Assembly (NCBI RefSeq): GCF_009914755.1
Contig: NC_060938.1
Length of the DNA: 64,000 nt
Origin: the human T2T-CHM13v2.0 reference genome, Homo sapiens
Strand: one strand, 5' to 3'
The notes under the pieces are model-generated. The model did not search any database. It was not told where the DNA came from and saw only the letters and a list, made by a program, of their open reading frames with translations. Positions within the stretch are counted from its first letter, which is position 1; the number at the start of each line of letters is the position of its first letter. Made by a program: the position numbers and the translations under genes. Below, in pieces: positions 38,374 through 54,673 of the stretch.

Positions 38374-39568
38374 TACATTAAGGAGTATTTGGAAGTTCAT
38401 ACAAGAATGCCACATAAGGCCACAATGAATAGTAGGTGTAGTTGACTGTTCTGTCTCTCACATAGACATACAAGCTCACAAATTGACACTCGTGCTTAAG
38501 TCAATGAACTCTATTATAAACTCATGTGCACTCATTTTACAAACATGGATTTTTGCATTCTCTTTTAAGCCATCTGTTGCCTATGTAGGATCCTGGTTTT
38601 TAAAAATCTCTCATATCATTTTTACAGTGTACAGTTATGGTTGTGTTTACACTTACTCAAGATGATTTAGGGTAGTAAGCATATGGATGAACTTTAAAAC
38701 TTTTAAATTGTTATGCATATATTTTAAAACATATTTGAAAAAATATGTAGTTTATCAGACTATCATTTCACAGAAAGTAGGATGCAAGCAAGTTTTTAAA
38801 AATGGGTTAATAAAAACATGAAGTCACATTGTACTGAGATACAACAAAAATAACACAAGGAATAACAATAATAAATAATAAAATTAATAATAAAAATTAA
38901 AAATATCCTAAGTGGTAAGGGATGACCACAATTTAAGTTGCAGATTCATCTATGATTCAGGGGGACCAAAAAAGTCCACTGCGGTTGGCCCTAGAGAAAG
39001 GCTCCTTCACGAAGTATGCTCCAGTCTGCCTTTGCCCAACGTTCCATTAGCGCTCACTAGCAGACATATCAAAACAGGTACCAATGACTTAAAAAATTAT
39101 TTTTCTACAACTCAGGAAAATTCTACCAAACAATTTTATCAGCGGGACACCCTCTGTCCACTCTCTGGACATCTGTGTCTAATGTGATCATGGCTTTAGA
39201 TCTTCAGAGCTTACAAGCATTAGAAACATGCCAGAAATCTACTCACAGCAAAACTGTTTTTTTAGAAAATCACACAGAATTGAAAACCCGGTTTAAAAAG
39301 CTCCATACAAATCATGAGCTATTTATCACTTTCCTTTAATACACTACCATTTTACTCCAAGAGCCCCATTTAACAGAACTTCAAAACTGAAAGTGGATTT
39401 ATTTACATTTTTTATGAAGAAACAATGGTATATACTCTTAATCACCCAGTGTTTCTCCACGGGGTTGCTAATGGCATTGGCAGAATGTTTAGCATCGCTG
39501 GTTCTTGGGTGCTAAATGCCAGTGGCACCCTCCTCCAAGTCTTTGTGACAACCAACGTTGCTCCCTGA

Positions 39569-39634
39569 CATGCACGTGCGCGCGCTAGCGCACACACACA
39601 CACACACACTCTCTCTCTCTCTCTCTCTCTCTCT
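39569..39634. repeat. Compound (CG)n-(CA)n-(CT)n microsatellite
   Basis: catgcacgtgcgcgcgctagcgcacacacacacacacacactctctctct... Confidence 0.9.
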
Positions 39635-40289
39635 ACCTGCCCTCAGTGGGGCAGTACTGCCCTCGCTTGAGAACCCAAACTGCCTTATGCTGAAAAGAAA
39701 CCTGAGACCCAGGGAAGAGAAGGGCAGTAGGGATTTGCCCAAGACCTACACCAAACTGGTATTGTGTTCGGCTTTCAGGCTGCAAAGAAGAAAGCGTTCA
39801 GACCATCTCAGATGTGGGGGGATTATAGAAAGTTTACACGGTGCAGGCTGGCGGGTGTGTGGTGAGGAGACCCAGAAAACCATTTCAGGGATCTCCCAGC
39901 CAGGCCTAATGGAGAAGAAGAAGACTTTTTCTCACTGTTGCAAGTTCAACAGCAGATGTGAGGTCTCAGGGGCTGCTCTGGGGACTTGGCCGCTTTGTCA
40001 CCCGTGCCGGAAGCTCACAGGCCCCGGAGATCCCGCCTTCTGACTGCATCGCCCTCTGCCTTATTTTTTCTGCTTTGCTTCCCCTCAAACTGTTTCCTTA
40101 CTGCCTCTGTCCCTACTCCTTTCTTTCTGGTTGTTTTACGTTCACAGTTTCCTCAAGAAAATACAAACAGAATCATTAAATATCACCAATACACAGAATC
40201 CCTTTGGAACGGAGTTTTTTTTGCCAGGCTACCCGAGAAGCCGCTGGTACCATCCAAGGCTGCTTTGGGCTAGAGCCAACAGCTTATTT

Positions 40290-40308
40290 TCTCCAGCAGG
40301 GGGCAGCA
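40290..40308 (+). promoter_or_regulatory. CTCF core motif
   Basis: tctccagcagggggcagca matches CCASYAGRKGGCRS, with the common C at the Y position. Confidence 0.7.
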
Positions 40309-40334
40309 TCGCTCGTTGGCATCTTGAGGTTCAC

Positions 40335-40470
40335 TACTCAAGGTGGGCTTTGAAGTCAGATTGCCTGGGTTTGAAAGCCAGCTCCATAAGCCCCTGTGTA
40401 ACTTCAGCTGCCTGTGCCTCCGTTTCTCATTTGTAAATTGACACATTAATAATAAAATGACTTCAAAAGA
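40335..40470 (+). mobile_element. MIR
   Basis: gggctttgaagtcagattgcctgggtttgaa...ctgtgcctccgtttctcatttgtaaa. Confidence 0.75.
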
Positions 40471-40758
40471 TTTGTGTTTATGTGTGCTGGCAGGGGAAGG
40501 AAGTTTAAATGAGAAGGCATTAAAAATAACTCAAAATACAATGACAATCTTCATACAAGTAGAAAAAACAAATTATTTTGTCGTTCTTAAAATTTATGTA
40601 GAACCACTGTACTGGCATAACAACAGACACATAGATCAATGGAACAGAATAGAGAACTCAGATACCACCCATGCATTTACAGACAGCTCATTTCAGAATT
40701 ACCATATGATTGAGCAATTCCACTAGTGGGTATGTATCCAAAAGAAAAAAAAAATTAA

Positions 40759-41155
40759 GGCCTGGTGCAGTGGCTCACACCTGTAATCCCAGCAATTTGG
40801 GAGGCCGAGGTGGGCAGATCACTTGAGCCCAGGAGTTCACGACCAGGCTGGGCAACATAGTGAAACCCCATCTCTACAAAAAAAATACAAAAATTAGTCA
40901 GGTGTAGTGGCGTCCATCTGTAGTTCCAGCTACTCGGGAGGCTGAGGTGAGAGACTCGCTTGAGCCCAGGAGGTGAGGCTGCAGTGAGCTGAGATCATGC
41001 CACTGCACTCCAGCCTGGGTGACAGGGTGAGACTCTGTCTTAAAAAAATAAAAAAAGAAAAAGAAAGAAAGAAAGAGAGAGAGAGAAAGAAAGAAAAAGA
41101 AAGAAAGAAAGAGAGACGGAAAAAGAAAGAGAGAGAGAAAGAAAGAAAAAAAAAA
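40759..41155 (+). mobile_element. AluJb-like with (GAAA/GA)n tail
   Basis: Alu body to ~41041, then a purine-rich tail. Confidence 0.92.
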
Positions 41156-42292
41156 GATAGATCAGTATATCAAAGAAATATCTGCACTCCCACCTTTAGA
41201 CAAAGGTGCCGAGAACATACAATGAGGAAAGAACAATCTCTTCAATAAATGGTGCTGGGAAAACTGGATAACCACATGCAGAAGAATGAAACCAGATCCC
41301 TATCTCTCACCATATACAAAAATGAAAGCAAAATGGATCAAAGCCTTAAATCTAAAACCTGAAACTATGAAACGACTAGTAAAAAACGTTGGGGAAATGC
41401 TCCAGGACGTCGGTCTGGGTGAAGACTTTTTTGTATAAGACTTCAAAGGCAGAAAAGAAAAAAAAATAGACAAATGGGATTACATCAGGCTAAAAAACTT
41501 CTGCACAGCAAAAGAAACTATCAACACAGAGACAACCAACAGAATGGGAGAAAATATTTGCAAACTATCCATCTGATAAGGAATTAGTAACCAGAATATA
41601 TAAAGAGCTCAAACAACTCAATAGGAAAAAAACCCCAATAATTCTATTTAAAAATGAGCAAAAGATTTGAATAGACATTTCTCAAAAGAAGATATATAAA
41701 TGGCCAAAAGGTATATGAAAAAGTGTTCAACCTCACTAATCAGGAAAATGCAAATCAACACCACAATGAGATGTCTCACACAGAATGGCTATCACGAAAA
41801 AAATATCAGGGAATAATAGATGCTGGCAAGGATGTAGTTAAAAGGGAATACTCATACATTGTTAGTTCAAATGAAAATTAGTACAGCCACTATGGAAAAC
41901 AGCATGGAGGTTCCTGAAAAAACTAAAAATAGAACTACCATATGATTTAGCAATTCCAATAGTGGGTCTACATCCAAAATAAAGGAAATAAATATATCAA
42001 AGAGATATCTGCACTACCATGTTTACTGCAGCACTACTCACAATAGCCAAGATATGAAATCAACCTAAGTATCCATCAGTGGATGAATGGATAAAGAAAA
42101 TGTGGTTTATGCACACAGTAGAATAGTACTCAGCCATAAAGAAGAATGCAATCCTGTCATTTGCAGCAACATGGACGGAACTGGAGACCATTATGTTAAG
42201 CAAAATAAGCCAAGCACAGAAACACAAATACTGCATGCCCTTACTCATATGTGAAGCTAAAAAAGTGGGTCTCATGAAGATAAACAGATTGG

Positions 42293-42591
42293 GGTCAGGC
42301 ATGCAGTGGCTCATGCCTGTAATCCCAGCACTTGGGAGGCCAAGGCAGGCAGATCACCTGAGGTCAGGAGTTCGAGACCAGCCTGGCCAATGTGGTGAAA
42401 CCCCGTCTCTACTAAAAATACAAAAATTAGCCAGGTGTGGTGGCGTGCACCTGTAGTCCCAGGTACTTGGGAGGCTGAGGCAGGAGAATTGCTTGTACCC
42501 GGGAAGGCAGAGGTTACAGTGAACCAAAATCATGCCACTGCATTCCAGCATGGGCAACAGAGAGAGACTCCAACTCAGAAAAAAAAAAAAA
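42293..42591 (+). mobile_element. AluS (Sx-like)
   Basis: gatcacctgaggtcaggagttcgagacc; TSD core agattgg. Confidence 0.92.
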
Positions 42592-43849
42592 GAGTAGATT
42601 GGTGGTTACCAGATGCCAGGACAGTGAGAGTGGAAGAGGAGTTGAAGAGAGGTTGATTAATGGGTAGAAATATACACTTGGATAGAAGAAATAAGACCTA
42701 GTGTTTGATAGATCAGTAGGTTGACCACAGTTAACATTAATTGATTGTACATTTCAAAATAGCTAGAAGAGAATAATTCAAATGCTTCTAGCATAAAGAA
42801 AAGATCAATATTTAAAATGATGGATATCCCAATTACCCTGACTTGATTATATGAATCAAATTATCACATGTACCCTCAAAATACATACATCTAATATGTA
42901 TCAATAAAAACAATTATTTTTTAAAAGTACTTAGCATTTAGTATTTGATGAACATTAGCTGTTGTTTTTGTTGCTGCTATTGTTATTATTAAAGAGAAAG
43001 TGGTTGTTGTTAATACTGTTATTAAGTAGAACGTTTAGAGCTTCTATTTCCTGACTACCCTCACCCCCACTCTGAGTGCTTTTCAGACTTTTCCATTCAA
43101 GTTCCTCTGCTGGCTGAAGGCAGTAAAGATGCAGACTCCAGAAGGATCAAGGGGAGGGGAGGTTCCAGGTGTCCTTGTGCAATCCTGAAATTTCTTTGAA
43201 ACCACTTGCTTTCCTCTGTTTTATATTATGTCACAAATCATTTATACACTATAGATTAGATGTGCTTTTTAATATGCTATTCCTTAATATAGTCATGTCT
43301 CCTTCCATGTAAAATGCTTTAAATTATATAGCAGGTCAAATGTTTAAATTTTGTCCAAAAAAATCTTTAAGGAAAATTGGTATCCAGGGAGAGTCACCAT
43401 ATTTCTCTCCAAGCGCATACCTGGAGGTCATAACCCATTCCAGGTCACCACAATTCTCATGCCTTCATGGTTGGAGGTTTTCTTCCAGGAACATCAAATA
43501 GAAAGACATAGAGTCAGTCATTAAATTGTCAAATATTTATTAAACTTTATTTTGGGGAAGACATATAGTAAACAGTACAGAGGATTCAACCACACACCAC
43601 CTTTGTGCTCCAAGAGTTTATCATATTTAAGCATACTAGTGATGTCTTCTGTATGTAACCCACATTTCTCAGCTTTCCCCAGTTGGTGAGGAGGTGATCA
43701 ATTTTCTTGGGCGCTCCCACCACATTTCCTGCAATTTGGTTTTGATTATAGCTGTATACTTCCAAACCCAAGTTGGACAAGGATAAAATCTTTTTCACAG
43801 GAGGATCCCCAGCCCTTATGTAAATCAGTGAATACAAACAACTTGGCTA

Positions 43850-44205
43850 CCTCTTCCAGTTCTATGCATGTACCATACTGTCTCATCTCTGAGCCTTGCC
43901 ATGTTGTCTCCTCTGCCTGTCTTATCTCTTCCCTCTCCCTTCCTCAGGCCATTTACTGAGTAATTCTTATTGTTCCTTCAGGTCTCCCTGCTGCCCCCCA
44001 GTTATGAACTGGGTGCTCCTCGTCTGTTCTCACAGAAACCTCTCAACTGTCCCTTCTCACTGTTATACTTTGTTGCGCTTACTTGTTTGATGGTCTCTCT
44101 CCCCTGGAAGATTTCATCCCATAAGCGTGGAAACTATAACTGTGAAAAGCCAGCACTTGCCTAATGTCCAACAGAAACTTCACTGCCATTTGTTGAATGA
44201 ATGGT
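43850..44205 (+). mobile_element. L2 3' fragment
   Basis: Ends ccagcacttgcctaa...atttgttgaatgaat. Confidence 0.6.
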
Positions 44206-44542
44206 GGATGTGGCTTAGCTCCACTTTCCAGAAATCTTCCGTGTCATAGAGGAAAGAAATAGCTGTGTGAGCAGGACATCTTCTTCTAATCTAAGTCATG
44301 TTCATGTGAGCAAAATGGCCAAATTGTGGTACAGCCAATCTGGGAAGCTTTGGACCATCTTAGCAAACAATTCAATTCCTCTTCCAACCAATATCAGTGA
44401 AAGAGAGACTGGTTGATAATGCAGTCTTACTCTTCAAAACAGAAGGTCTGTGATTTACTTAGTCATGGTGTGATAACGCTGCCTTTGATAACTAATGCTT
44501 GACCTAGGAGGATTTGAACTTAGGAAGCCCTTAGTTTGCAAC

Positions 44543-44607
44543 ATATATATATAGAGATTATAAATCATTCTATTATATATATATAAATATATATATATAG
44601 CAACATA

Positions 44608-44664
<57 letters not shown>

Positions 44665-44671
44665 GTCTATC
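44543..44671. repeat. (TA)n plus ~14x (TATC) tetranucleotide STR at the L1 tail
   Basis: tatctatc array at 44608-44664. Confidence 0.92.
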
Positions 44672-46543
44672 CTCTAAGTTCTGGGGTACATGTGCAGAAT
44701 GTGCAGGTTTGTTACATAGGTATACACGTGCCATGGTGGTTTGCTGCACCCATCAACCTGTCATCTACATTAGGTATTTCTCCTAATGTTATCCCTCCCC
44801 TAGCCCCCCACCCCCTGACAGGCCCCAGTGTGTAATGTTCTCCTCCCTATATCCATGTGTTCTCATAGTTCAACTCCCACTTATGAGTGAGAACATGCAG
44901 TGTTTGGTTTTCTGTTCTTGTGAGAGTGTGCTGAGAATGATGGTTTCCAGCTTCATCCATGTCCCTGCAAATGACATGAACCTATCCCTTTTTATGGCTG
45001 CATAGTATTCCATGGTGTATATGTGCCACATTTTCTTAATCCAGGCTATTATTGATGGACATCTGGGTTGGTTCCAAGTCTTTGCTATTGTGAATAGTGC
45101 CACACTGTGCATGTGTCTTTATAGTAGAATGATTTATAATCCTTTGGGTATATACCCAGTAATGGGATCGCTGGGTCAAATGGTATTTCTAGTTCTAGAT
45201 CCTTGAGGAATCGCCACACTGTCTTCCACAATGGTTGAACTAGTTTACAGTCCCACCAACAGTGTAAAAGCGTCCCTATTTCTCCACATCCTCTCCAGCA
45301 TCTGTTGTCTCCTGACTTTTTAATGATCGCCATTCTAACTGGTGTGAGATGGTATCTCATTGTGGTTTTGATTTGCATTTCTCTGATGGCCAGTGATGAT
45401 GAGCATTTTTTCATATGTCTGTTGGCTGCATAAATGTCTTCTTTTGAGAAGTGTCTGTTCACATCCTTTGCCCAGTTTTTGATGGGGTTGTTTGTTATTT
45501 TCTTGTAAATTTGTTTAGGTTCTTTGTAGATTCTAGATATTAGCCCTTTGTCAGACGGGTAGATTGCAAAATTATTCTCCCATTCTGTAGGTTGCCTGTT
45601 CACTCTGATGATAGTTTCTTTTGCTGTGCAGAAGCTCTTTAGTTTCATTAGATCCCAATTGTCAATTTTGGCTTTTGTTGCCATTGCTTTTGGTGTCTTA
45701 GACATGACGTCTTTGCCCATGCCTATGTCCTGAATGGTATTGCCCAGGTTTTCTTCTAGGATTTTTGTGGTCCTGGATCTTACATTTAAGTCTTTGATTC
45801 ATCCTGAGTTGATTTTTGTATAAGGTGTATGGAAGGGATCCAGTTTCAGTTTTCTTCTGCATATGGCTAGCCAGTTTTCCCAACACCATTTATTAAATAG
45901 GGAATCTTTTTCCCATTGCTTGTTTGTGTCAGGTTTGTCAAAGATCAGAAGGTTGTAGATGTGTGGTGTTATTTCTGAGGCCTCTATTCTGTTCCATTGG
46001 TCTATGTATCTGTTTTGGTACCAGTACCATGCTGTTTTGGTTACTGTGTAGCCTTGTAGTGTAGTTTGAAGTCAGAGAGTGTGATGCCTCCGGCTTTGTT
46101 CTTCTTGCCCAGGATTGTCTTGGCTATGAGGGCTCTTTTTTGGTTCCATATGAAATTTAAAGTAGTTTTTTCCAATTCTGTGAAGAAAATCATTGGTAGC
46201 TTAATGGGGATAGCATTGAATCTATAAATTACTTTGGGCAGTATGGCCATTTTCACAATATTGATTCTTCCTATCCATGAGCATGGAATGTTTTTCCATT
46301 TGTTTGTGCCTTCTCTTATTTCCTTGAGCAGTGGTTTGTAGTTCTCTTGGAAGAGGTCCTTCACATCCCTTGTAAGTTGGATTCCTAGATATTTTATTTT
46401 TTGTAGCAATTGTGAATGGGAGTTCACTCATGATTTGGCTGTCTGTTATTGGTGTGTAGAATGCTTGTGATTTTTACACATTGATTGTATCCTGAGACTT
46501 TGCTCAAGTTGCTTATCGGCTTAAGGAGATTTTGGGCTGAGAC
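44672..46543 (-). mobile_element. 5'-truncated L1PA6/7-like element (ORF2 3' part and 3' UTR)
   Basis: ORFs 45085-45720 and 46041-46427 are ORF2p fragments; 3' UTR diagnostics ggagaaatacctaatgtagatgac and gcaaaccaccatggc. Confidence 0.93.
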
Positions 46544-46869
46544 CTCTAATAGTAAAGCTCCCCTTCTGATAGATTTGCCAGTGTAAAGCTGTTAGAGTAG
46601 CTGTCAATAAACTCAGCAAGTTTGTAAATGGCCCAGAGAAGCATAGTATTGGGCAAACAGCAGCAGAGAGAAAAGAAGGAGATGTAGTTCCAACTCCATC
46701 ACCTCACCTTTCTGCACCCCACTTCTCTAGAAAGAGGAGCAGGATGGAATGAGCTCTGCTTATGCTGAAATCTTATTACCATGCCAAGTAAAGGTGCATT
46801 CCAGGCCAGCATTTGGCAGTAACAAAGATGACTGCACCTGAGCTTTCAGGGACGTGGGGCCTCACAATA

Positions 46870-47122
46870 GTTCGGAGTCTAGGTATCAGAGAAGCAAACT
46901 TGGGTTTGATGCCCTGAGTGAGCCTCTTACTCACCTGTCACCCATAGACAATTCTTTTGCATAAGCCTTAGTTTCCTCATTTGTAAAATGCAGATGATAA
47001 TATTACCTGCCTCATTGGATTGTTATGCTTAAATGAGAGAAATTCTTATAGATAAAGCACTCAGAACACTGGCAGGTCATGGTGCAGTCTCAATAAATGT
47101 TTGCTGTTTTAGTTAAGTGAAT
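46870..47122 (+). mobile_element. MIR
   Basis: gccttagtttcctcatttgtaaaatg...taaatgaga...taaagcactcagaacac. Confidence 0.75.
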
Positions 47123-48276
47123 GTACACAGACTGTAATACTTCTATATTCTCATAATATATATGTGCTTCTTAAGTTAGAGTGACAAACAGGGCTATCAC
47201 CATTAGTAATAAAGCCTTTCTCACAGGGCAGCATGTTTCTGTGCCCAGATTGTCTATGGTTTTGACCAGCACCCACTTCTCAAACACACATGAAAGCTGC
47301 TGTCAGTGGTATTGAGAATCCTGCCTCGATAGGAAATATTAACTCCCATTATTTCCATTTTAAGGAAGCATTTTTGGAAGTCAAGTAATTGCACAGCATT
47401 TTGAACTATCTCATAAGCTGTGGCATTTGACGGCAAAAATTGGAATACCTAGAAATTATTTCTTTTAAAGAAAGGAAACCATGGCGATTATTTATTTATT
47501 TTTATAGCATCACAGTGTATTGTAAAAGTAAGAACTCTTTTTGAAACTTATTTTTAGGAAGGGATTTTTTCTTTGTCAATGAAGCTATATACCTTACATT
47601 ATTGCAGAATTCCTGGCAATATATTCTAGCTAGAATTGTTACTTTTTGGCAGAGTCACATAGGGACTCAAGGCCAAAAGTAAAGAACATGTGATGGAAGG
47701 AAATCCATTTCCACGTCTTTGACCGATAAGACCCAGAAGATCTTTAAGGGATTTTCTCATCTAGTTTAGGTACACAAGTGGATTGGAAGCATGTTTGGGT
47801 TTTCAGATACTGCAAAGACTAGGAGGCACTTAGCTTACCCTTTAAATCAATTTGCCTATGTTTTTGTTAGATGATAACTATAATTTGTTACATGATTAAC
47901 TATTTGCTATGATAATTTAAAAATGAAAGCAAGAAACCATTTTCAATTCCAAGTGGCATTTCAAGTCCTTCTTTTAAACATCCCCCTTTTCCCTGCCCAC
48001 CTCCCGGAATAGAGATGAGAGTCAGTAAATGCTACCCAGGTTTGTCACTGATAGCAGTGAGTCACTCACACAGCTTCCTTGGTGATGAAATTCCTTCTTA
48101 TATTGGTATTGAATGGTTTTAGCAGTAAAAATGGTTGTTGCCAACTTTATTGGAAATTGTGACTACTAATGGAATTGTTATGGATTGTTATGCTTAAATG
48201 AGAGTAATACTTATAGATAAAGCACTCGGAACAGTGGCAGCTCATGGTGCAGTCTCAATAAAGGTTTGTTGTTTTA

Positions 48277-51461
<3,185 letters not shown>

Positions 51462-51974
51462 GTTTGTTGTTTTAGTTAAGTGAATATTTAAGCTACAGAT
51501 TTCCAATAGGCCTGTGTCCATTTTTATTCTTTTTTATGCTTTCATAGAAGCAAAATGTAAACTTAATATTTTTACAAGTTTTGACCATTAATGGCATTAT
51601 TATTTTTGTACCACAGCCCAAACCGTAAAATTTTACATGATTTCAATCAGTTTCCCCGGCTCTTCTCACTTCTCAGGGCCTTCTTAGGGGCAAGCATGGT
51701 TCTATTTGTCAACCTGCCCCATACACTTACCCACAGAATTAAGCATACACTTCTCAGACCCAGTCTCTTTCTGTGCGACATATCTTGAACCACCCCCCTT
51801 ACCTGGACTCCTTTTGTCTCAGCTCTGTACCACAGCAAAGTGGACTGTGAACAGGAGGCAACTTCCCCTGCTACAAGCTCTGCCTCCTCTCTAAATCTTG
51901 AATACCTTGCCCCCATCTCCATCTGTGAAGATCCGAGCCACCTTCCTTGTTAAGAGCCACGATTTTTCTCTGCT

Positions 51975-52195
51975 TACTCTGTGTCAGGTGTTGTCCTTAG
52001 CACATCATAGTGCATCATCTTGTGTAATCCCCACCACAACCTAGGAAGTGGGAAATACCACGATGTATTTTACAGATGGGAATCTAAAGCAGAGAAAAGT
52101 AAATTTGCACCAGGTCACGCTGCTGGTGTGTGGGTTGGAGTCAGGACTGAAACCCAGATCTGTGGATTCCATGCCCAAACCACTGTGCTGCTTTA
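51975..52195 (-). mobile_element. MIR
   Basis: ttttacagatgggaatctaaagcagaga...ttgcaccaggtcac...caggactgaaacccagatctg. Confidence 0.75.
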
Positions 52196-52759
52196 GACCT
52201 TTCTCAAGAGCTATCTTAGCCATACAGCTTTGCTTCATTCCCCAACCGGTTTTTACAGATCACACTTTAGAACCGGAGAGTGGAGACTATTTTCTGTTTA
52301 ATTTCAATGCCCTCTTGCAGCACCTCACACTAGCCCTTTCACATAATGGGAGTTCAGTACATACTTGTTAAATTAAATTTACCTAGAAAACAATTAGTCA
52401 CAAAACTTCATGGTCTTGACAGTAAACTCAGAAGTTCAGAGACCATGGGCAGTTACAGAAGGCTTATGTGGACGTGGAACTCGGTTAGGCTTTGATTACC
52501 TGGGTGGATTTGGTGAGTGAGAAGGAAAGGAGGGTCTACTCCACATGTGGAGATCACCTAAAGGAAGTCAAGGGAGGAGGAAAGATCATGGCATACCAGA
52601 GGAACCGTGAAAAAAGCAGTGCCTAGTAGACACAATGACTTAATGTGCTTTGGGGAAGGATATGAGATTGGGCAGATTAAATAGGCTTTATGGATTATGG
52701 AACGATTCGAGTGCCAGGCAAAGAACTGTGGGCCTAATGCTTGCTGATGATTTAGATAT

Positions 52760-54080
52760 TCTTCTGTGACATTGTGTTCCTGACATTCATCTATGTGGTG
52801 TGTAATTTTAGTTCATTCATTTTTAATACTATATAATATTCCATTGTGTGACTATATCGCAATTTATCTATACTAATATGGTTGAACATTTGGGCTTTTT
52901 TCCTAGTTTTTTTTACTATTATGAATGTTGCTGCTGTGAATATTCTTTTATGTGTTTCCTAGTGCATATATACCATTTCCCCTTGTGTATATATATATAT
53001 CTAATGGCTAGGTCGTGTGACATGCATGTCTTCAACTTTTTTGATAAGGGCAAATCATTTTCCCAAGTGGTTGTGACAATTTACACCCCACCAGCAGTGC
53101 ATGAGTTTCTGTTTTTCCATATTCTTGCCAATGCTTGGTTTGGTCATACTTTAAAATTTTTGCCTACTTGGGGGATGTGAAATGTTATCTCACATTTTCA
53201 TTTCTTTATGGTATTTTGAGATAAGAAGTTCTTTTTATTGTGGGTCTTTTCCCTCCATAGTTTATGCTTTTAGTCTCTTCTTTAAGAAACAGTTTCCCAT
53301 CACCACGTTATGAAGATATTTATCTTCTTAAAGCTTTATAGTTTTGCCGTTCACATTTAAGTCTCTAATCCACCTGAAATTTCATTTAGATGTAGGTATG
53401 AGAGTATTTTCTTTTTTTTCTACACTCCTTTCATGTTTGGTAAACTGTTAAAAGTGAGGAAGTCTGGTGTTTAATCTCTGTGGAATTTTTAAACTACTAA
53501 TTCAATTTCCTTAATGGGTATAGAACCATTCATGTTTTTATTTTTTCTTAAGTCAGTTTTATGGCTTATATTTTTCCTTAGAACCGATCCATTTCTCCTA
53601 AGTTTTCCAATGTATTTGCAAACAGTTGTTCATAATGTCCTCATATTTTTTTAAAAATCTCTGCAGCATCTGCAGCTATGTTTCCTTCTTATTCCTGATA
53701 TTGCTTACATGTGTTCTCCATTTTTTCACTTTATCAATCTTTGTGGAAGTTTGCAACTTACCAGTATTTTCAAATAGTCAGTTTCAGCTTCGTTGATTCT
53801 CTATATTTTTCCATCTGTTTTTGATTGCACTAATTTATGCTCTTTAATATTTTTCCCTACTTTCTCAATTTATTCTGTTGCTTTTTCTGACTTCTAATGT
53901 TCAGTCTTTCTTCTTTTCTGAATAAGTGTTAGAAACTATAAATTTTCCCATAATTATCAATTTAGCTTTATATCACAAGTTTTGAAATGTAGTATTTTGT
54001 TGTCATTCCATTTTCAATATTTTCTCATTTTAATTATAATTTCTTACTTGGCCTATAAGTTATTTAAGTGTGTTTCTTTC
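52760..54080 (-). mobile_element. Old L1ME-like fragments
   Basis: T-rich degenerate antisense L1: tttcccaagtggttgt...ccaccagcagtgcatgag...tcttgccaat. Confidence 0.7.
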
Positions 54081-54509
54081 TTTGTTTTATTCTTCAATGT
54101 TCAGTTAACTCATATTTAAAAGATCAAATTCCCCTAAATTTTTATACCATTTGCATACTCACAGTCCCTTAGACCTTTCAAACCACAACTGTAAGTTGAG
54201 TATATCTAATTATCTCAAATACTTCAAACACCCAAAATACAGATTTATACATCAAAATCAACAAAAGCTTCCTAAGTATGTAAATCTAGTAAGTTAGACA
54301 TCAATTCTGCAGTTCAAATTCTCTTAACTATTTTATCTGAAAACCACAGGTCAAGCATAACAAAGAGCACACAATGATAGTAGAACTCATTAGTATATAA
54401 AAGTGTAATTATAATTTTTAAAAATACCTTTCTTAAGACTGTAAATTTATTCATACAAAAAAATAGGACAGAATTGCCTTCCTAAACCCACTGAGGTTAC
54501 TCTATCACC

Positions 54510-54673
54510 TTGCTACTCAAAGTATGGTCTACAGACCAGCAGCACCAAAATCAGCTAAGAATTTGTTAGAAATGCAGATTCTCAGGCCCACCCGAAACCT
54601 CCTAAGTCAGAATCCTTATTTTAATAAGATCTCCAGGTGGCTTGCAGGCACATCTAACATTTGAGGAACACTG
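54510..54673. mobile_element. MER5A
   Basis: ttgctactcaaagtatggtc...gaccagcagca...ttgttagaaatgcagattctcaggccc. Confidence 0.8.

Larger units (their letters stand above)
40535..42910 (+). mobile_element. L1MA (L1MA4-like) ORF2 end and 3' UTR, interrupted by two Alus
   Basis: ORF fragment [15 protein letters not shown]; continuous L1 ORF2/3' UTR ending atgtatcaataaaaa. Confidence 0.88.

Noticed and set aside
39558-40043. 161-aa ORF
   Set aside because: Non-ATG start, runs through a microsatellite and MIR-like sequence; no homology recognised.
45195-45440. Apparently younger diagnostics in the minus-strand L1 suggesting a longer conversion tract
   Set aside because: Could simply be the L1PA6 consensus state; I cannot separate this from conversion without an alignment.
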